Assembly: GCA_030867685.1 (NCBI GenBank)
Contig: JAQOWU010000007.1
Location: 124,001 to 188,000 of the forward strand
Source: Wickerhamiella versatilis
Taxonomy: Eukaryota
Direction of reading: 5' to 3'
DNA length: 64,000 bases
This document shows, piece by piece, positions 57,951 through 64,000 of this stretch. The notes beneath the pieces are model-generated. The model searched no databases and had not been told where the DNA came from. It saw nothing but the letters and a program-made list of their open reading frames with translations. A program made the translations under genes and the position numbers. Within the stretch, counting starts at the first letter, position 1; the number at the start of each line of letters is the position of its first letter.

Positions 57951-60900
57951 TCACTGACCAAGTGCTTGCAAGCTTACTAGTTCGGCATATCGGCCATTCT
58001 GAGCTAATAACGACTGGTGATCACCATATTCCACGATTCTACCGTCATCAAACACATATATGACATCAGCATTTTGAATACTGGATAGCCTATGGGCAAT
58101 TGACACTGTGGTTCGGCCCTTCGCTGCATTATCCAGGGCCTTCTGAACAATGGTTTCACTCTCGCTATCAAGCGCAGCGGTACTCTCATCCAGTATTAAA
58201 ATACTTGGCTGGTTGACAAGCGCCCTGGCGATAGCTACTCGTTGTTTCTGTCCACCAGATAGAAGGGAGGTTGAACCATAACCGCTTATTGTATCATAGC
58301 CACTCGGTAGAGACATGACATAGTCATGTATATTTGCCTCACGCGCTGCTTGCTCAATCATTTCATCCGTCAGATCAGAGTCATTCCCAGCCCATCCTAT
58401 GGCTATATTTTCTCGTATAGTCCCAGAATAGAGGATTGGTTCCTGTTCCACGAGCGAAATGTGACTTCGCAGTGACTTAATGTTATATTCACGGATATCA
58501 CGCCCATCTATAAGCACAGATCCACCGTTGACATCGTAAAATCTTTCAATCAGACCCACAGAGGTCGACTTACCGCACCCACTGGGTCCCACCAAAGCAA
58601 TGTACTGACCAGGTTTTGCCTTTAGATTCACGCCACGTAGCACTGGAACTTCTGGCCGAGTAGGGTACCGGAATTGAACATCCTTAAACTCGATGTGGCC
58701 CTTCACGCTTGGACTTATGCCTTCCGTTGACCAGCTATCTATGCAGGGCTGTGCTTTGAGCAGGCGGTATATATTCTGGGACGCCTTGAACGCTTTTGTC
58801 AAATTTGGCGAGTACGAGAACATCGACCCAGCCGACTGGGCACCCAGAATAATTGCCATAAACGAAATTATATTAGATTTGATACTGGCCTGAGGCGGAT
58901 CCCGGCTCAGTAGATAGCTTCCCCACCAAAACACCAGGGCATTGACCCACGGGGTGAGGCCCTGGGAAAAGCCATAGAGTATCGCGGAGCTGATCAGGCC
59001 GTAATGAGACTGAGACACTTGTGTATCAATTTTTCCGGAATATTCCGCCACTACTTTCCGCTCCCGGGTTAACGACTGCACAGTGCGTATTGCACCGACA
59101 TACGTGCTGGCCAAATTCCCACTGCTCTCGTATACTTTTTGCATACGACTTTCCAATCCACTGATTACCCACACCCGAAGGAATCCACAAAGTAACAGGA
59201 CTGGCGTTGTGGCTGTAGCGACCAACGCAATCCTCCAGCTCCACGGTATGCTGGTTATAATACCAGATAACAACATTATAATCGACTGGAATATCTGGCC
59301 CAGTGTCGCACCACCTAATCCTTCAATGGCCTTAGAGTCTTTGGCAAGCGTAGACATGAGTGCACCCGGAGTGTTCACTGGATAGTCAAAGAAGGCTATG
59401 TCCAGATGTAAAATATGCCGGAACAGTTGTAGCCTTATAGTGCGTACCAACCTATCGGAGGCGTAGGTCAAGGTATAAACAACAGTAATCGCAGCAATGA
59501 ATATAATGCAGCCAACAAAAAAGAACCAAGCGGTCAGCACATTAACCTCATGTCGCATTGGTCCATAATTGCCTGTCTGAGAAGCACCCGACTCTATCAA
59601 GGACTGTACAAGGTTCCCAGTTATCATTCCTAAAGATGGAAAGCAATACGCCATAACAACTGCCGCGCAGCCACCAAGAATTAAATACAGTCGTTCTGGC
59701 CGATTGAGCTTCCAATATAAGGAAATATACCTGCGGAAAGAGCTATCGCTTGGGGGTTTGATGCCTGGAATATCCTCTGCACTAATAAGAGTACGTGACT
59801 TTTCACTTCCGGAGGGGTAGACATTTGTAGGAACAGCTTTTTCGTCCTCTCGATTAATAGACGAAGTAGTAGTGTCATCTGCAGGATCAAGCTTGTCCTC
59901 ATAAACAATATCACCGGTCTCGTCCGATCGTTCGACCTCTTCATGCTGCTCGACTTTGGCAGCCACTTTCTGGGCCATAACTAGATTTGAATACATTCCA
60001 CCCAAATCGAGGAGCTCGGAATGCGTTCCCTGCTCAACGATTTTGCCCCGAGAAATAACAACTATCTTAGCCGCATTTTTTATGGTGGACAGACGGTGAG
60101 CAATAGTAATAGTGGTACGGTTCACACTGACCCTGTCAAGCGCGTCTTGCACAATATCCTCGGACTTAGAATCAAGGGCCGATGTGGCCTCATCCAGCAG
60201 AAGTATAGGTGGGTTTGACACTATCGCACGCGCAATACAAATACGCTGCTTTTGGCCACCACTAAGGAGGAATCCTCTATGACCCACATTTGTGTCCAGA
60301 CCATCAGTCAATTCTTGGATGAAGTCGTAGGCATTGGCATCCTTACATGCTGAAACGACCTTTTCGCGCTTGACATTCTCTGGGGCATCCTCCCATTCAC
60401 TGCCGATAAGCCCAAACGCAATATTTTCGAAAATAGATGTTGCAAACAACGTTGGCTCCTGCTGGACGTAACCTATCTGTTGCCTGAGCCATCTCACATT
60501 GAGCTGATCAAGCGGCTTACCGTCAAGCATTATCGAACCTGCAATAGGACAGTAGAAGCGTTCGAGCAACCCAACTATCGTGGACTTACCGCCTCCTGAT
60601 GGACCGACAAGAGCTACAGTTTTTCCGGCAGGGATATCGAGTGAAAAGTCCTCAAGCACTTCAATGTCGGGCCGAGAAGGATAGCGGAATTTGATATTGC
60701 TTAATGTAACGTGTCCCTCTAGCTGGTCCACTGGAATTACTTCTCCCTCGTCACTTTCGGCATCGATCATGGGTTGTCGGTCAATCACCTGCATCAGCGT
60801 CTTTGCCGCAGCCGTACCTTGGATAAGGTATCGGAGACTGGGCGCAACTGTTCCAAGCTGGAAAGAGCCGATTAGTGTTGCCAGAATAACGGCGAAGATA

Positions 60901-61955
60901 TGACCAACGAGACCAGTGTTATGACCTTTATCCCAGGCGATGATGCGCGATCCTTCCCAGAATCCCAACGCGTAGGTGAACAAAATAATGGACCACAACG
61001 CAGCAAGCATGACACTCTGCGAAATGGTGCTGGACAATGCAGGCCTAAGTGCAGCTGCAAGAGCGCTGTCGAACTTCTTTGTCAACTTTTCAGCGGCGCC
61101 AAACGATACCGTGGTACGAATTGCGCTGAATGCCTCCTCGGCAATAGTGGTTCCCCGGACAAAAAGCGCCCCACTCAATCCCTGGAATTTCACAATCATC
61201 GCTCCGCAGATCACCATTGCACAGAAGTTTGCGAAAACCGCGCTTAACAGAATAAGCGCTACCTTCCATTGCAAGCACAGCGAGATGATGATGGCCGCTA
61301 TAAACGCTGAGAGACCCTGAATCATAGAGGCTGCATGATGAAACGTTTCCTGTATCGACGTGGTGTCATTGGTGATACTCGTTGTGAGCTGCCCAATCCC
61401 CAGCTTGTCAAAGAAAGCGATATTTTGCCCGATAAGTGACCGCAGAAAGTTTTGTCGCCAGCGACCAGTAATTACCTCTCCACGATCTTCAAATAAATAT
61501 GATTCAAAAACAGATGAGCCAATGGTCCCAATTCCCAGGTATAGGTAATAGAGAGCCAAATGCTGAACACGACTCATAAACGAAGTCTGCGTACACTCCC
61601 CAGACCTAAGGCATCTAAATGCGTTGATTACGGCGCCATTAATAAATGAAACACACGGCAAGGAAACCCCATGGACTATGGCGAAAAATACCGCCAGGCA
61701 GAGGACAAACTTGTCAAATTTGTTACTGAACCGAATGATAGAGAATAACCCCACGTTTGGCATCGTGGTTTTTATTTGACTGCGAAGAATTTCGGCAGCC
61801 TCTGGGTCTAGCTGCTGCAGTTGAGACTCCACAGGGTCCTCATCGGTGGTTTGCTCTTTTTCGCCCTCATTTGGAGAAACTTCTACCTGCTTTTCATCAT
61901 CCAGGTGGTCCGAGCGGTCACTTTTGTCCTTTTTGCCCCTCCAAGACCCTAGCAT
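57951..61955 (-). CDS. Full-length ABCB (MDR/P-glycoprotein) exporter
   Basis: Two TMD-NBD halves with Walker A GPSGGGKST and GPSGCGKST, two LSGGQKQR signatures, and LLLDEATSALD. ATG at 61955. Confidence 0.95.
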   Translation of the reverse strand: MLGSWRGKKDKSDRSDHLDDEKQVEVSPNEGEKEQTTDEDPVESQLQQLDPEAAEILRSQIKTTMPNVGLFSIIRFSNKFDKFVLCLAVFFAIVHGVSLPCVSFINGAVINAFRCLRSGECTQTSFMSRVQHLALYYLYLGIGTIGSSVFESYLFEDRGEVITGRWRQNFLRSLIGQNIAFFDKLGIGQLTTSITNDTTSIQETFHHAASMIQGLSAFIAAIIISLCLQWKVALILLSAVFANFCAMVICGAMIVKFQGLSGALFVRGTTIAEEAFSAIRTTVSFGAAEKLTKKFDSALAAALRPALSSTISQSVMLAALWSIILFTYALGFWEGSRIIAWDKGHNTGLVGHIFAVILATLIGSFQLGTVAPSLRYLIQGTAAAKTLMQVIDRQPMIDAESDEGEVIPVDQLEGHVTLSNIKFRYPSRPDIEVLEDFSLDIPAGKTVALVGPSGGGKSTIVGLLERFYCPIAGSIMLDGKPLDQLNVRWLRQQIGYVQQEPTLFATSIFENIAFGLIGSEWEDAPENVKREKVVSACKDANAYDFIQELTDGLDTNVGHRGFLLSGGQKQRICIARAIVSNPPILLLDEATSALDSKSEDIVQDALDRVSVNRTTITIAHRLSTIKNAAKIVVISRGKIVEQGTHSELLDLGGMYSNLVMAQKVAAKVEQHEEVERSDETGDIVYEDKLDPADDTTTSSINREDEKAVPTNVYPSGSEKSRTLISAEDIPGIKPPSDSSFRRYISLYWKLNRPERLYLILGGCAAVVMAYCFPSLGMITGNLVQSLIESGASQTGNYGPMRHEVNVLTAWFFFVGCIIFIAAITVVYTLTYASDRLVRTIRLQLFRHILHLDIAFFDYPVNTPGALMSTLAKDSKAIEGLGGATLGQIFQSIIMLLSGIITSIPWSWRIALVATATTPVLLLCGFLRVWVISGLESRMQKVYESSGNLASTYVGAIRTVQSLTRERKVVAEYSGKIDTQVSQSHYGLISSAILYGFSQGLTPWVNALVFWWGSYLLSRDPPQASIKSNIISFMAIILGAQSAGSMFSYSPNLTKAFKASQNIYRLLKAQPCIDSWSTEGISPSVKGHIEFKDVQFRYPTRPEVPVLRGVNLKAKPGQYIALVGPSGCGKSTSVGLIERFYDVNGGSVLIDGRDIREYNIKSLRSHISLVEQEPILYSGTIRENIAIGWAGNDSDLTDEMIEQAAREANIHDYVMSLPSGYDTISGYGSTSLLSGGQKQRVAIARALVNQPSILILDESTAALDSESETIVQKALDNAAKGRTTVSIAHRLSSIQNADVIYVFDDGRIVEYGDHQSLLAQNGRYAELVSLQALGQ

Positions 61956-62473
61956 GCCTCTTACTACACCCTTGTATCTCAAGTGATGACAAAAGTAACC
62001 CTGGTATCTCAGGCGAGGTGACAAATATTGGGATAAAGCCGTGATCGGAGAATAGCGAGATGATCTTCATGAAAATACCTGTGATTGAAAGCACATCATT
62101 GAGATCACCCCTGCAGCGAGTGACACACAATTATTTTTAACAAATGTGTACACATAAACAAACTACACGCATTCCCGGACAAATATTGCATGGCAGTTAT
62201 GCCGGTAAACACTAGATACTTAATCGTCCGCAGTAAATCAGTTTTAATACCTAGCCCATGTTATATAATATTCCTGATTTGCATGATTGAAAGATTAAAA
62301 GATTGAATGGTTTTAGGGACGAGGCCGGTATAGAAAAAGTTTATCCCCGTTTTCTGCTTGACACTTTATTGTATGCGCATAAATAGAACGCATAAGTATT
62401 ACTTCGAAAAATTCTCCTAATCATATATCCACGTTACAAAACCAGGGTTCTCACGTGCTGAGACCCTAGCCCA

Positions 62474-63499
62474 CTAAAGCCGCGAGGGCGATGTGTCGAA
62501 AAGCTCTGTGCCGAATACACGATCCCAGAACTTGGTTGTAACACCAAATCCCATCTCGTAGTCCTTATAGTGATGGTCAATGTGTGCCTTTTTTGCCTCC
62601 GTCATGAAATTCGGGATTTGGCTGTGGTGTAAGAAATAGTGAGTGCAATCGTAAATAATATAGCCCAGATGTGAGCCCGCGTAAATAGTAGTCGCAAGGT
62701 GGAAGTTACGAAATACTACCTGGAAAACGTAAAACAGAGGGATTGCAAACAACAGAGCTACCGCGGGGGGCATTACAAGGCGGTGTCGGTCCATTGGTAG
62801 GAAGTGGTGGACTCCGTGAAGCATGAAGTGTATCGTATATGCCACTTGGAATTGCGGCAGGTGGTAGTCAAGGTGGAATAAAAATCTGTGTAGAGCGTAC
62901 TCTAAGAGCGTCCAGAAGCCAACTCCAAAGATATAAAGCGGTATGGCGTGCTCGAGTGGAAGGCCGCTGAAGCCCATCTTGAGGAGATGATAATTCACAG
63001 GCAGCCAAATTGCAGGCACAAGCCACCAAGGGGATCTGGTAAATGGTTCTAAAAAGTTTCCGAAGATCGGCGCAGAGCCATACTTGTAATGGTGTGGTTT
63101 GTGGACTTGCTCTATATAAAATTCACGAGTCCATTTTGCCCGCCAAATCTGCGGAACCATTGGCTCTCCGAGAATGATAAAGTGAGGCTCTTCAGGCTTG
63201 TTGTCCTTCTCATCCATCTCGGTATCCGTCGCACTTTTGGAGTCGGGGTCCGACTCTCCCGTGGGCAATCGGCCAACATAGTAATCCTGAAGGACTTCAT
63301 AGGCCGCCTCACTATGGGCATGAACGGTTTCATCCGCCATAATGTGGGTGATGTCTGAGTTGGCATATTTTGTTATCAATTCGTCGCCTCCAGGGTGGTC
63401 TTCAAGAAAATCCGTCACATCGTAGACCTCTGAGTTATGCATCATAACTAGGACACGATCCTGGCTCGCCAGCGTCTTGATTCGACTTTGTTCAGACAT
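62474..63499 (-). CDS. SCS7: Cytochrome b5-fused fatty acid 2-hydroxylase (Scs7/FA2H family)
   Basis: YDVTDFLEDHPGG b5 domain and His boxes LHRFLFH, HGVHH, HYFLHH, HIDHHYK; ATG at 63499. Confidence 0.92.
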   Translation of the reverse strand: MSEQSRIKTLASQDRVLVMMHNSEVYDVTDFLEDHPGGDELITKYANSDITHIMADETVHAHSEAAYEVLQDYYVGRLPTGESDPDSKSATDTEMDEKDNKPEEPHFIILGEPMVPQIWRAKWTREFYIEQVHKPHHYKYGSAPIFGNFLEPFTRSPWWLVPAIWLPVNYHLLKMGFSGLPLEHAIPLYIFGVGFWTLLEYALHRFLFHLDYHLPQFQVAYTIHFMLHGVHHFLPMDRHRLVMPPAVALLFAIPLFYVFQVVFRNFHLATTIYAGSHLGYIIYDCTHYFLHHSQIPNFMTEAKKAHIDHHYKDYEMGFGVTTKFWDRVFGTELFDTSPSRL

Positions 63500-64000
63500 G
63501 GTTTGCAAAAGGCGAAGTAGAACGACAGAATTCGGCGATTACGAATATATAGAGACGATCATTCATGTGTCTTGTATCTGGATAAAGTAAGCGATGACCG
63601 ACATTCATCAAACTCGATCTATATTTTTCCCCGATATTTTACCGCTTTAAGGAGCTCCATCGAGCTCAAAACACTATGTATATATTAGAACCATAGCACA
63701 GCGACTTTTTTCCTCCGAAAAGCCACTAGCCCAGCCCTAACCCCACGATAACCATCTGCGACGACCTTCTTGAAAACCCTGCATTAAAAGAATGAACTGA
63801 ATTATACGCTAGTAAGCTCTAGTCTAGTTGCATTCGTGCAATATCAATTCTTTTTTTTCAATCGGACCCCGGCTGTCCTAAGCCCCTGCACTTTGGCCTG
63901 TTAATAAGCGGCCTGATCTGCATATCTAAATCCCGTCATATAGTACTCCTAAGGTGGGTCCAGCAGATGTGGCATAGGGGAAAGGTATGGAGCCTGGGAA

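Noticed and set aside
63721-63750. cccagccctaacccc as a telomeric repeat
   Set aside because: Only one CCCTAA unit and no tandem array.

Overview
Eukaryotic, apparently intron-poor ascomycete yeast DNA. The gene set fits the Starmerella/Wickerhamiella group, but that placement is inferred from recalled protein similarities, not from a search. The window looks like an accessory or subtelomeric-type region: about 25 intact genes, long intergenic gaps, local duplications and gene relics. From left to right it holds a SEO1 permease with a bacterial-type SfnB/DszC-like monooxygenase, a CAL-A-type lipase, a capsule-synthesis-type glycosyltransferase, an Ala-rich secreted protein and its pseudogene, a giant Flo11-type adhesin, a ferric reductase, and two families of small secreted helical proteins. 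It continues with a poly-GATA (Ash1-like) zinc-finger protein, a DAL5-family permease, a siderophore transporter, two SMG1-like class 3 lipases, a BudC-like acetoin reductase, a Zn2Cys6 factor and orphan membrane proteins. It ends with a UgtB1-like glucosyltransferase, an ABCB exporter and a fatty acid 2-hydroxylase. Four observations stand out. (1) One roughly 170-aa Cys/helical domain appears both as 8+1 tethered repeats in the adhesin and, apparently, as free secreted proteins. (2) One protein carries 7 full and 1 partial Ash1-type GATA modules. (3) The monooxygenase has no Cys and no internal Met and sits next to SEO1. (4) The UGT-ABC-hydroxylase trio may be a variant glycolipid biosurfactant cluster at the right edge. 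No CRISPR, rRNA, tRNA or transposase was recognised. All similarity calls were made by eye.
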